Assembly (NCBI GenBank): GCA_039208735.1
Contig: JBCCQY010000115.1
Location: 1 to 28,657 of the forward strand
Length of the DNA stretch: 28,657 bases
Reading direction: 5' to 3'
DNA from: Myxococcota bacterium
Lineage (GTDB): Bacteria > Myxococcota_A > UBA796 > GCA-2862545
A program made the position numbers and the translations under genes. Below, one piece after another: positions 16,401-25,363 of the stretch; the first letter of the stretch is position 1, and every line of letters starts with the position of its first letter. The notes under the pieces are model-generated. The model saw only the letters and a list, made by a program, of their open reading frames with translations, was not told the origin of the DNA and ran no database searches.

Positions 16401-17408
16401 GTGCAGCGCATCCGGTGGTGGGCCGAGACCCTTGTGTTCCCTTCGATCATTTTGGGCACAATGGTTCCCGCGGGAGTGCTCCTCACTCAAGGCGCGCCAG
16501 CCTGGGTCACGGCGTTTCAGGGATGGGCGGGTCCAGGTCTGGGCGGTCAGCTGGCGGCGTTTGCGGCGTGGCTCCTCGATCTTGGCTACTTCGAGACCAT
16601 CGTCGTCATGGGCACGATCTTCGTCAGTTTTTCGTTGCAGCTTGGTCTGCAGCGCTGGCTTCCCTATCGGCCCGACTGGCGGAACTGGAAGCCAGACTTG
16701 GCGGTGGACCTGGTCCACATGTTCTTCAGCAACGGGCTTGGGACGTCGCTTGCGCGGGCGGCGTTCCTTCCGTTGGCGATTGCAGGACACGCCTGGGTCA
16801 CGTCGAGCTTCGGAGGGGTGCCCTGGCCGGTGGATTGGCCCTGGGTGGTGCAGCTCGCCCTTGCCTTAGTCATCGGAGACCTCGGCATCTACTGGCTCCA
16901 CCGCCTTTCGCACGAGTGGATGCCCTTGTGGCGATTGCATGCGCTGCACCACAGCTCTGAGCACATGAGCCTGCTCGCATCGGTGCGCATCCATCCGCTT
17001 CAGATGCCCCTGAACTGGTTGACCCAGACGGCACCCCTCGTGTTCTTGGGGGCGGGGCCCGAAATCCTGGCCTTGCACACGCTGTTCACCGCGGTCCACG
17101 GCCAGCTGCAGCACGCCAACATCGCGCAACGACTGGGGCCGCTGTCCTACATCTTCGCCACCGTTGAGGCTCATCGGTGGCACCACTCCACCGACCTCGA
17201 CGAAGGCCACACCAACTACGGCAACAACATCCTGCTGTGGGACCACCTGTTTGGGACCTTCCACCTTCCCGGCGGGGAGCCCGATGAGGTGGGCATCGGC
17301 GTGAGCTATCCGCGCAACGTGTTTTTGCACCTCGCATCGCCCTGGTTGCTCGATCGGTGGTCGGCGCCCCTTGTGGACGAGTCCGAGGAGCAAGTGCCCG
17401 CCAAGTAG
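16401..17408 (+). CDS. Sterol desaturase / fatty acid hydroxylase family membrane enzyme
   Basis: His boxes HRLSH, HALHHS and HRWHH, plus QHAN, NYG and WDHLFGTF; multiple TM segments; AGAGGAG RBS. Confidence 0.93.
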   Translation: MQRIRWWAETLVFPSIILGTMVPAGVLLTQGAPAWVTAFQGWAGPGLGGQLAAFAAWLLDLGYFETIVVMGTIFVSFSLQLGLQRWLPYRPDWRNWKPDLAVDLVHMFFSNGLGTSLARAAFLPLAIAGHAWVTSSFGGVPWPVDWPWVVQLALALVIGDLGIYWLHRLSHEWMPLWRLHALHHSSEHMSLLASVRIHPLQMPLNWLTQTAPLVFLGAGPEILALHTLFTAVHGQLQHANIAQRLGPLSYIFATVEAHRWHHSTDLDEGHTNYGNNILLWDHLFGTFHLPGGEPDEVGIGVSYPRNVFLHLASPWLLDRWSAPLVDESEEQVPAK

Positions 17409-17412
17409 GGAC

Positions 17413-18369
17413 CTACTCGGGCTCATCCCACGACAGCAGTTGGATGTTGACGAGGGCTGCGACCTCGGGTCGGCTGTTGGCCACGATCGACCGCACCTCC
17501 ATGAAGTACCGGATGTGGGCCTCACGAATGCGCTCGAGGTCTTCCCGCGACACGGCGACCACGTTGTAGCTGACCATGTCACCGTCGTGTGGCGCGGTGG
17601 CCCGGGCGAGCCCCTGGGCCGCCCAATGCGCCTTGAGGCGTTTCGTGCCTTCTGGATCGGCGACCGCATCGATGGTGAGGGCATCTCGGGTGCGGTACGG
17701 TCGAATGCCGGTACGCATGATGAGCCCTGCGTTCTCAAGGCGGCTTAGACAGCGACGTTCCACGGTTTCGTCGACTCCGAGGATGCGTGCGATGAGCCCG
17801 GGCTCGTGGGTGGCGCGACGTTGGTAGGTCTCGGTCTCGATGACGCACATCACCGCGCCGACCCAAGGCTCATCGAACGCGATGCGCTTCGAGGCGTGCC
17901 GCTGGTGATGGGCGGCCCGTAAAGCCTCGATGCGATCGATGTCGACGAGTTCGGCCAACAGATCGGACAGTCGCCCCGTCAGTGCCTCCACAAGCCTTAG
18001 GAAGTCCGGCAGCCGCGGCCGGGTGTCGCCGGCAATCCAGCGCGAGACGGCGTAGCGTGATGCGCCTACGCGTTCGGCGAGCACCTTGAGGGCGGTATTG
18101 CCGCGCAAGGCTTGGAGCCACGCGGCGACGCCTGCGTCATCTCCGTCGCCAATGGCGGGTGCTTCTTCAGGGGAAAAGCGCGCGAAGGCGTCGCCGACCT
18201 CAATCCCGACCATGTGACATGCCCGAATCGTCTCGGCTGCGGTCGGGAATCGCCGTCCCGCCTCCCAGTCACTTACGGGATTGGACGAGTACCCGAGACG
18301 CCGAGACAGCGCTTCCTGCGACCGGCGCCCGCGAATGGCCCGGATGAGCTGACGTGCCACCAACTCCAT
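17413..18369 (-). CDS. Tandem XRE-HTH protein with DUF4423-like C-terminal domain
   Basis: Two HTH repeats (RGRRSQEALSRRLGYSSNPVSDWEAGRRFP; RGNTALKVLAERVGASRYAVSRWIAGDTRP), a winged-helix-like segment (IARILGVDETVERRCLSRLENAGLI), and C-terminal VAVSREDLERIRE...ALVNIQLL. Confidence 0.8.
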   Translation of the reverse strand: MELVARQLIRAIRGRRSQEALSRRLGYSSNPVSDWEAGRRFPTAAETIRACHMVGIEVGDAFARFSPEEAPAIGDGDDAGVAAWLQALRGNTALKVLAERVGASRYAVSRWIAGDTRPRLPDFLRLVEALTGRLSDLLAELVDIDRIEALRAAHHQRHASKRIAFDEPWVGAVMCVIETETYQRRATHEPGLIARILGVDETVERRCLSRLENAGLIMRTGIRPYRTRDALTIDAVADPEGTKRLKAHWAAQGLARATAPHDGDMVSYNVVAVSREDLERIREAHIRYFMEVRSIVANSRPEVAALVNIQLLSWDEPE

Positions 18370-18384
18370 TCGACGAACCTGCCG

Positions 18385-18975
18385 TCATTCGAGTCGCTCG
18401 TCCACCTTGCCGTCGCCGTCGGTATCGCGACCCGTCCGGACGACCTGGCCGTCGGCCGAAAATCGTTCCCACACATCGATGCGTCCATCGCCGTCTTCGT
18501 CGCGCTCCTTGCGATCGAGGCGGGGATTCCCGTCTTCGTCCGGCACGTAGTACTTGAAAACGTTGGCGCGACCGTCATTGTCGGTGTCGTACTCGGACAT
18601 CACCCGCATGCCCGCCTTGTAGTGGTCGGTCCAATCGAATCGGCCGTCGTAGTCCGAATCCATCTCTTCGCGGACGAGCTGTCCGTCTTCATCGAAGACG
18701 CTGACCACATCGAACCGGCCGTCCACGTTGAGGTCGAGCTCTTTCTTCATGAGAAGGCGCGGAGCCCCGGGGCGTTCGCGGAAGTGATTGCGGATGTCGG
18801 CCACGCCATCCTCATCGATGTCGACCTTCTGCTCGATGAGGCCCTGCTCGGCGTCGGTGACCCGTTCATGCACGCGATTGTCGAAGGACTCGATGTCTTT
18901 TGGGCCCTGCTTGGGACAGCCCCAAGCGAGCATGAACAACATCGACCACGAAGACCAGAGCCGAATGAGGGGCAT
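18385..18975 (-). CDS. Lipoprotein with six Dx[DN]xDG calcium-binding-like repeats
   Basis: GGAGG before ATG 18975; lipobox-like LAWG-C; repeats DIDEDG, DLNVDG, DSDYDG, DTDNDG, DEDGDG and DTDGDG. Confidence 0.82.
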   Translation of the reverse strand: MPLIRLWSSWSMLFMLAWGCPKQGPKDIESFDNRVHERVTDAEQGLIEQKVDIDEDGVADIRNHFRERPGAPRLLMKKELDLNVDGRFDVVSVFDEDGQLVREEMDSDYDGRFDWTDHYKAGMRVMSEYDTDNDGRANVFKYYVPDEDGNPRLDRKERDEDGDGRIDVWERFSADGQVVRTGRDTDGDGKVDERLE

Positions 18976-19105
18976 GGGAGCCTCCAGCCCGGATGCGACG
19001 AACGGGCTCGACTCCTCATCGGCCGACCAAATGCGAACCTTTTCGGTTCGGCCATCGTCCAACCAACGGTATAAGACGCCTCATTGTTCCCGCAGGAGGA
19101 TCCGC

Positions 19106-20275
19106 GTGGCGCCATCCCGCGGTCGATTGATCATCGTCGACGACGAGCCCGTGATTTTGTCCCTGTTGACCACGGTGTTCGCGGACGACCAAGATCTGGA
19201 CATCGTGAGCTGTGACACCGGCCAACGCGCCATCGACGCGATGACCGACGGGGTCGACGTCCTGCTGACCGACAAGAATCTCCCCGATGTGAGCGGCCTT
19301 GAAGTCGCTCGACACGCGCGCGACCATCATCCCGACGTCGAAATCATCATCATCACGGGGTACGCCTCGCTCGACACCGCGTTGCTGGCGATGGAACTCG
19401 ACGTCTACGACTACATCGTCAAGCCGCCCAAAGACATTCGCGACGTGCGCCGCAAGGTACTTCAGGCCTTCGACAAGCAGGCGATGCGCCGCCATAATCG
19501 CGAACTGATGTCGAGCTTAAAAGAACGCAATCATGAGTTGGAGGTCGCACTCAACGAACTTCGTGAGGTGCAGGCCGAACTCATTCAGTCCGAGAAGCTT
19601 GCGGGCATCGGAACCTTGGCGGCAGGCATTGCCCACGAAATCAGTTCACCTCTGTTTGGTGTGATGGGTCTCGCCGAAGCGATTCTCGATGAAGACGACC
19701 TGTCGTTGGTGCATGGCTACGCCAAGGAGATCGTCGACTACAGCCAATCCATTAAGGACATTGTGGTCCAGCTATCGGGGTACTCCCGAACGTCGGGCTC
19801 GGATGGGGCCACCGCGGTCGACCTTGGACAAGTCGTGAGCGACGCGGTCAAGCTGGTGGTCCTTTCGGCCGGGTTCGATGAGACACGCATCGTGTTGGAC
19901 CTTCCTGCCGAGCTGACCGTGCGAGGGCGGGCCTCCGAGTTGCAGCAGGTGTTCGTGAACCTGGTCAAGAACGCGGTGGAAGCGGTCGTCGAGCATTCTC
20001 CGAACGGCGAAGGTCAGATTCGCATCGGAGGAGAGCGTCGAGGTCCCGAGGTCGTAGCCACGGTCTCCGACACCGGCCCGGGCATCGACCCTTCGAAAAT
20101 CTCGGTCATTTTCGACCCGTTCTTCACCACCAAGCCCGCCGGCCGGGGAACGGGGTTGGGTCTCAACATCGTCTACCGCATCGTGACCAAGTACGAGGGC
20201 CAGATTTCTGTCGCGAGCGAGCCGGGTCAGGGGGCCACCTTTACGCTTCGGTTTCCCGCCGACGGGGGGAGCTGA
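19106..20275 (+). CDS. Cytoplasmic hybrid kinase: receiver + coiled coil + HisKA + HATPase
   Basis: AGGAGG at 19094-19099, GTG at 19106. Receiver motifs VDDE, LLTDKNLP, ITGYAS and VKPP; H-box AHEISSPL; N-box NLVKNA; DTGPGI; FDPFFTTK; GTGLGL. No TM segment. Confidence 0.93.
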   Translation: MAPSRGRLIIVDDEPVILSLLTTVFADDQDLDIVSCDTGQRAIDAMTDGVDVLLTDKNLPDVSGLEVARHARDHHPDVEIIIITGYASLDTALLAMELDVYDYIVKPPKDIRDVRRKVLQAFDKQAMRRHNRELMSSLKERNHELEVALNELREVQAELIQSEKLAGIGTLAAGIAHEISSPLFGVMGLAEAILDEDDLSLVHGYAKEIVDYSQSIKDIVVQLSGYSRTSGSDGATAVDLGQVVSDAVKLVVLSAGFDETRIVLDLPAELTVRGRASELQQVFVNLVKNAVEAVVEHSPNGEGQIRIGGERRGPEVVATVSDTGPGIDPSKISVIFDPFFTTKPAGRGTGLGLNIVYRIVTKYEGQISVASEPGQGATFTLRFPADGGS

Positions 20276-20278
20276 CCC

Positions 20279-22027
20279 GTGCGCCTGTGGCGCCAGCTTG
20301 CCCTCGTGATGGCGGTGCTTGCGGTGGTGCCGGCGTCGGTGTTGGGAGGCGTCGCCGTCTCCACCGTTGACGACGAGTGGCGGCAAGCGAGCGAACGACG
20401 GGTGCGCGTCGATGCCACCGAGCGGGCGTCACTGCTCGGGGAGTGGCTGGCCGGGCAATACAAGTTCATCCAGGGCGTTCCGCCTGCCTTTGTTCCGGCG
20501 GTGGAGGCCGGGTTCACGCCCGACCACCAAACGGGCATCCTAAACCTGCTGTATCGGCTACTGCCGGACGCCAAGGTCGCCGTGATCGTCGATGAGCAGG
20601 GTCAGTTGACGGTGCCTGCGGTACCGCGAAGCGCCCCGTCGGAGCGCGTAGCGGACCTGGTCGCACGGCTGCCATTGGCGGCAGCGCAGGCCGAGCCGCA
20701 GAGGGCCCACCTGGGGCCAGCGTGGGTTCCCGCGGGACAGACGCGTCCCTCCGTTCCTGTAGCGGTCACCATCGCAACCATGGGCGACCGCTTTCGGGTC
20801 TTGGCGGTCGAGCTGACGCTGCCCGTGGCGCCCGCGGTCGGCCAACAGGAACATGGATTGCTCGGCCAAGATGGGCAGCCCCTGTTCGTGTCAGGGCCGC
20901 TCATCCAACCGGCGCAGCTGGCGCTTTTGCAGGGCAGTTTCAATGAGTTCGCGACGGACGAGCCCGAACCTGCCCATGGAGCGCTCGCGGCGGTTCCGGG
21001 TAGTCCAGGGTGGACGGTGGTGGTGGCGGAGCCGGAGCGGGCTTTGCTCCGGCTCAGCGAGCGAATCACGGGTCAGATTCTCGTGGGGGCACTGCTGGCC
21101 ACCCTTGTCGGTGTGCTTGCTGCACTGGCCACGGCATTGACGGTGTCGCGACCTGTCGAACGGCTCCGCGTGAAGGCGCAGGCGTTGGCGGACGGTCAGC
21201 TGGGCATTCGCATGGGCATCGAGCGCAATGATGAGATCGGCGAGCTGGCTTCGACCTTCGATCATCTCTCGGTGCGATTGTTGGAGGATCAGGCTCGCAT
21301 TAAGGCCCAGCAAACCGAGATTGCGGCCTTCAACGAGGAGCTTCAATCTCGGGTCGAGGAACGCACCCAACAGCTTCGTGAAGCCCAAGATCAATTGGTG
21401 CGAACGAGCCAGATTGCCGCGGTGGCCGAACTGGGTGCGGGTCTGGCCCACGATCTCAACAATCCGCTCACCGGAGTCCTGGGTCTCGCACAGGTGCTCA
21501 AGTCGCGCCATCCCGACAACGCGTTGATCGCGAGTCTCGAATCGGAAGCCCAACGGTGTCGAGATGTTGTGAACGCAATGCAGCGAGCCACCACCCTTGA
21601 AATTGACCCAACGCGATCGGTGTCGACCGATCTCAACATGGTGGTTCGTCATGCATCGGATTGGGTGGCCTCTTCCTACGCTCAACGCGGCATCGGGTTG
21701 CGCAAGGAGGCCCCGGAAAATGTGGTGGAGGCAAACATCGACCCGGAACAGGGAATGCGGATCCTCTCCCAGATCCTCCAAAGTGTGCGGTCGGGTCTCC
21801 CCGAAGAGAGCGTGGTGACGGTGAAAGTCATCATGGTCGAAACCGGAAATCGGGAGCGTCCCGCGATCCGGATCGAGGCGGACCGCAAGGTGGCGGAACA
21901 GCCTGCGCACCATGACGACTGGCTCACCGCGAGCCGCGTGATGTGGGTCACGCACCAGTCGATCGCTCGCCTTGGTGGCGAATTGCACAGGCCTGAAGAA
22001 GGCAGAGTGTGGCAGTGGGTATTGTGA
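20279..22027 (+). CDS. Membrane sensor with Cache-like domain, HAMP and HisKA but degenerate ATPase domain (pseudo-histidine kinase)
   Basis: Two TM segments flank a sensor domain ending in PGWTVVVAEP; HAMP NDEIGELASTFD; H-box LAHDLNNPL. No N-box Asn, DxGxG or GxGLGL in the C-terminal domain. Confidence 0.85.
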   Translation: MRLWRQLALVMAVLAVVPASVLGGVAVSTVDDEWRQASERRVRVDATERASLLGEWLAGQYKFIQGVPPAFVPAVEAGFTPDHQTGILNLLYRLLPDAKVAVIVDEQGQLTVPAVPRSAPSERVADLVARLPLAAAQAEPQRAHLGPAWVPAGQTRPSVPVAVTIATMGDRFRVLAVELTLPVAPAVGQQEHGLLGQDGQPLFVSGPLIQPAQLALLQGSFNEFATDEPEPAHGALAAVPGSPGWTVVVAEPERALLRLSERITGQILVGALLATLVGVLAALATALTVSRPVERLRVKAQALADGQLGIRMGIERNDEIGELASTFDHLSVRLLEDQARIKAQQTEIAAFNEELQSRVEERTQQLREAQDQLVRTSQIAAVAELGAGLAHDLNNPLTGVLGLAQVLKSRHPDNALIASLESEAQRCRDVVNAMQRATTLEIDPTRSVSTDLNMVVRHASDWVASSYAQRGIGLRKEAPENVVEANIDPEQGMRILSQILQSVRSGLPEESVVTVKVIMVETGNRERPAIRIEADRKVAEQPAHHDDWLTASRVMWVTHQSIARLGGELHRPEEGRVWQWVL

Positions 22028-22031
22028 GGCG

Positions 22032-22889
22032 ATGCATCAGGGGTGGGCCAGAATCATCATCGTGCCAGGGGTCCTCACGGGCCTCGCGCTGATGTGGTGG
22101 GCGTGGCCGACAGGGCCGCGCGTCCAGATCGTCGAGGTCGACGGGATGGCGGAGCTGTCTCGTAGCGGCGTCCAGGACCCGATCGTCGCCCAGGAAGGGA
22201 TCCTCCTTGAGGTGTCCGACAACGTCCGTACCGGAGCTGGCGGTGCCGCGGTCATCCAGTTTGGGTCTCACACCCAGATCCGCATCGGCCCCACGTCTTC
22301 CGTTGAAGTGGCCACCGTCGAAGACGAAGGCCTCTTTCTCGAACTCGAGGAGGGGGCGGTACGGGCCATCGTGCGGCCCGATTCCGGGCAGGTTCGCATC
22401 GGTAACGAAGGGCGCAGCGTAGTGGGCTCGGATGCGACCTTCGACGTGGGCGTTCGTGACGCCGTACTCCAAGTCCGCGCGGTTGAAGGAGACGTCGCCC
22501 TTGAAGGGGTGGATCGAACCGGACTGTCCGAAGGCCAGACCGCGACGATTCGGGATCGAACCGCCGAAGTCGGTGACGTGCCTGCGTCCCTCCTCTTGTT
22601 GGTGGCTCCCCCAGAGGTCGATCGCACCGCCGAACGCACCCTCACGGTGCGTGGACAGACGGTGCCGTCGGCGGATGTCGAGATTGCAGGACCCGTCAAG
22701 ACGCATCGGACGCGATCCAATGCGGAAGGTGAATTCGAATTGCCGATTACCCTCATCGAAGGTGAGAATTCGGCAACCGTCCAGGCGACCAATGTGTTTG
22801 GAGAGTCTCAGTCGAAGAACTTGGCGCTTCCGGTGCTCGATACGACCGCTCCAAAGGTCGGTGACAGCGAAGTGGAGTACCCGAGATGA
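22032..22889 (+). CDS. Membrane-anchored FecR-domain protein with C-terminal Ig-like domain
   Basis: N-terminal TM; FecR-type VRTGAGGAAVIQFGSHTQIRIGPTSSV...LEEGAV; Ig-like LTVRGQT...LIEGENSATVQATNVFG...DTTAP. Confidence 0.82.
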   Translation: MHQGWARIIIVPGVLTGLALMWWAWPTGPRVQIVEVDGMAELSRSGVQDPIVAQEGILLEVSDNVRTGAGGAAVIQFGSHTQIRIGPTSSVEVATVEDEGLFLELEEGAVRAIVRPDSGQVRIGNEGRSVVGSDATFDVGVRDAVLQVRAVEGDVALEGVDRTGLSEGQTATIRDRTAEVGDVPASLLLLVAPPEVDRTAERTLTVRGQTVPSADVEIAGPVKTHRTRSNAEGEFELPITLIEGENSATVQATNVFGESQSKNLALPVLDTTAPKVGDSEVEYPR

Positions 22890-25363
22890 TCGCCTTGGTC
22901 GCCATGGCGTCGGCGTTTGGGGGCGGGGAGGTCGCCGTCGTCGAAGGCACCCTGCGACCCGGGCGTATCGGCACCTTGCAAGTGGCGCGGACCCCCTTGC
23001 CGGCCACGGCATCCGAGACGATGGGGGCGCCAGGGCCTTTGGCCGATTTGGGAATGCAAGGGGCCAGCGTCCTGCGCACTCGGACCGTGCGACCCGGGAT
23101 TGTGGAACTCGAGGTGGTACCCCATCTCGATGCGACCCGCCTCGAGATTCGGCTGGGTGAAGTTCGATTTCGCTACCCCGTGGTCGAAGTCCCCCCGACC
23201 CCCCTTGAAGTCCCCGCTCGCGTGGCCGGACGGACTCAGCAGGATGACCTGTCGTTCCTGGTGCGTTCCACGACCACGCCTGGACTGTCGACCGACGACG
23301 TGGGGGTGTACCCGAGCGAAGGGACGGCGACCCTGGCTTCCGGCGATAAGGCAGGGCAGGTCGTGGTCACCCTCCAGACCGAGAAACGGTCCGCTCCTCG
23401 GGTCATTCCAACGCTTGTCATCGACCATCGAGGATTGCGCCGCCCCGTGATGGTGCCCGTCGTACTCCGTGCCCAACCGAGCTTGAGCGTCAGCGCGGAG
23501 GCTGGGAGCACATTGGTGCTCGAGGTGGGCCGAAGGACGTACGGGCCCGTCGAAGTGCCCCAGAGCGGCAAGGTGTCGATCCGGGTTGACCAGTACCCGG
23601 GAGAGGCCGTGGCCCGGGTTCGGGCGAGCGACGATCTGGGCAATACCAACACCTCTGAGCGGTCGCTCGCCACCACGCAGCAACCGAGCCTCGTGATTGC
23701 TCCCGCCGGGCGTTGGGTCCCCGGCGAACCGCCTCCGCCCGTTCATGTGGTGGCCTTGCGCCCCAGTGGCGCTCCCTGGTCGGAAGCGCCGAGCTGTCAG
23801 ACCCCGCAAATCCCGCTCGATCTTCAGCTTCTCGAGCCGGGTTGGTGGTCGATCGCCTTTCCCAACGGCGGCGATTACTGGCGTTCGGCCAAACAAGATC
23901 TGCGCATTGCCTGTACGGTGGGCGAGGTCACACGCTCGATTCGAGTCGAGTTGATGCATGGGGTCCCAGAGCGGCTGTCGCTCGAGGTCATCCCTGAAGA
24001 CTTGCGCAGTGAGTATCCGGTGGCGGAACTTCGGGCGGTGGTCGAGGATGTGCGCGGGGACAGGCTCGACGTGCGAGGACTCGCGGTGGTCGCCAACCAC
24101 GGTGAAGTGGTGGTGCGCGACCAATCGTCCACCTTGCGGGGGGAGTACCAGGGCCAAGAGGCCGTGTCCCATGAGGGCGACCGGATCATCGCCACCTACC
24201 AGCAGCCTCCAGGACCTGGGCCCGTCACGGACGTCGAGCTGGGCTTTGGCGGGGTGCCCGGGGTCGATGGAGGCCCGCTCACCGTCTATGCAAGGGCCCT
24301 CAATGCCCGTCGGGAGCCCGTGGCCTTCGTGCCGCTACGGGTTCGCGTCGATTCCGAGAGTCGATCCGTGATGACCCAGGCCGACGGCTGGGCTTCGACG
24401 ACCCTCGATGTTCCGGGGAGTCGAGAGCCTCGCCTCATCAGCGCCGAAACGGCGGTGGCGACGCGTCGCGCGCTGGCCATTCCGGGGGAGTCGGGCGTCG
24501 GTGGGCCCGACCAGGCCGATCTACGCATTGAGAAGACGGTGGGGATTCGCGCGGGAAGACTCGGGCAAGTGTCGGTAAATGTTGAGCCCAAGGTGCTTCG
24601 GGCTGGTCCAGGCACCATGGCCAACATCGTGGTGCGCCTCGAGGATCGGAGTGGTCGACCGGTCACCGACGAACCGCCCACCTTGGAGGCGAGCGAGGGC
24701 CGCATCTTGCCCCTGTTCACCCGGCCCGACGGCACCCTCATCGCGCAGTTTGTGCCGAGCCCGAGTCGGCAAGCGCGCGTGGTGCAGATCACGGCGTCGG
24801 TCGAAGGCGGCGTCAAATACACCACGGAAATCGCGATCGAGCCGCGGGGCACCAAGGCGACCGTCGGTCCGTTTGTGGGCATTCAGACCAACTTTGGCCG
24901 GCTTCGGGCTCTTCAGATTGGTGCGGATGTCGACATTCGAGCTCGATCGAGGCTGCTCGGTGACGCGCTGATGATTCGTATCGGGCTGCACGGAACGACC
25001 TCTCGGTCTACCGCGATCCTCAACGAGTCCATCGAGACCGAGCTGCGATCCACCATGACATCCCTCGATCTGGCCGCCTCGCTGCGAGACGATCGAGGAC
25101 CCGTCTCGTTGTGGGTCGGCATTGGTGGGTCGGCCGCCATCCAGTGGTCCAGCGTCGCGTTTGATGAGATTCAAGCTTTGCTTGGCCGCGATTTAGTGGC
25201 CGGTCCTATGGCCTTGGCAGGTCTTTCGCGCCGCACGCCGGTTGGTGAATTGCTGTTTGAAGCCAGGGGATACCTGATTCCTGCGCCAGCCGATCAAGAC
25301 ATTGGGTATACCGGTAATCTGGGTGGGGTAACGGTCGGCGTAGGCTACCGGTTGGTGTACTGA
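22886..25363 (+). CDS. Secreted multi-Ig (invasin/Big_1-like) protein with probable C-terminal outer-membrane beta-barrel
   Basis: Short signal-like N-terminus; Big_1-like segments (AELRAVVEDVRGDRL, TQADGWASTTL, ANIVVRLEDRSGRPV); the last ~170 aa are amphipathic strands ending GVTVGVGYRLVY. Confidence 0.75.
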   Translation: MIALVAMASAFGGGEVAVVEGTLRPGRIGTLQVARTPLPATASETMGAPGPLADLGMQGASVLRTRTVRPGIVELEVVPHLDATRLEIRLGEVRFRYPVVEVPPTPLEVPARVAGRTQQDDLSFLVRSTTTPGLSTDDVGVYPSEGTATLASGDKAGQVVVTLQTEKRSAPRVIPTLVIDHRGLRRPVMVPVVLRAQPSLSVSAEAGSTLVLEVGRRTYGPVEVPQSGKVSIRVDQYPGEAVARVRASDDLGNTNTSERSLATTQQPSLVIAPAGRWVPGEPPPPVHVVALRPSGAPWSEAPSCQTPQIPLDLQLLEPGWWSIAFPNGGDYWRSAKQDLRIACTVGEVTRSIRVELMHGVPERLSLEVIPEDLRSEYPVAELRAVVEDVRGDRLDVRGLAVVANHGEVVVRDQSSTLRGEYQGQEAVSHEGDRIIATYQQPPGPGPVTDVELGFGGVPGVDGGPLTVYARALNARREPVAFVPLRVRVDSESRSVMTQADGWASTTLDVPGSREPRLISAETAVATRRALAIPGESGVGGPDQADLRIEKTVGIRAGRLGQVSVNVEPKVLRAGPGTMANIVVRLEDRSGRPVTDEPPTLEASEGRILPLFTRPDGTLIAQFVPSPSRQARVVQITASVEGGVKYTTEIAIEPRGTKATVGPFVGIQTNFGRLRALQIGADVDIRARSRLLGDALMIRIGLHGTTSRSTAILNESIETELRSTMTSLDLAASLRDDRGPVSLWVGIGGSAAIQWSSVAFDEIQALLGRDLVAGPMALAGLSRRTPVGELLFEARGYLIPAPADQDIGYTGNLGGVTVGVGYRLVY

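Noticed and set aside
16266..16790. Long N-terminal extension of the GNAT ORF
   Set aside because: It is an antisense shadow of the desaturase gene and promoter region. YjgM-like similarity starts near 16240.
18385..18830. Repetitive GTCGCCGTC/GTCTTCGTC-like DNA suggesting a repeat array or CRISPR
   Set aside because: Fully explained by the coding Dx[DN]xDG repeats. There are no identical direct repeats with unique spacers and no cas genes.
19034..19075. Hairpin CGAACC-TTTTC-GGTTCG and a TATAAG -10-like hexamer before the kinase operon
   Set aside because: The stem is short and there is no convincing -35 match, so it is too weak to call as a promoter or terminator.
18788..19105. N-terminal extension of the hybrid kinase in the ORF track
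   Set aside because: It overlaps the lipoprotein gene on the opposite strand. A strong AGGAGG precedes GTG 19106, directly before the receiver domain.
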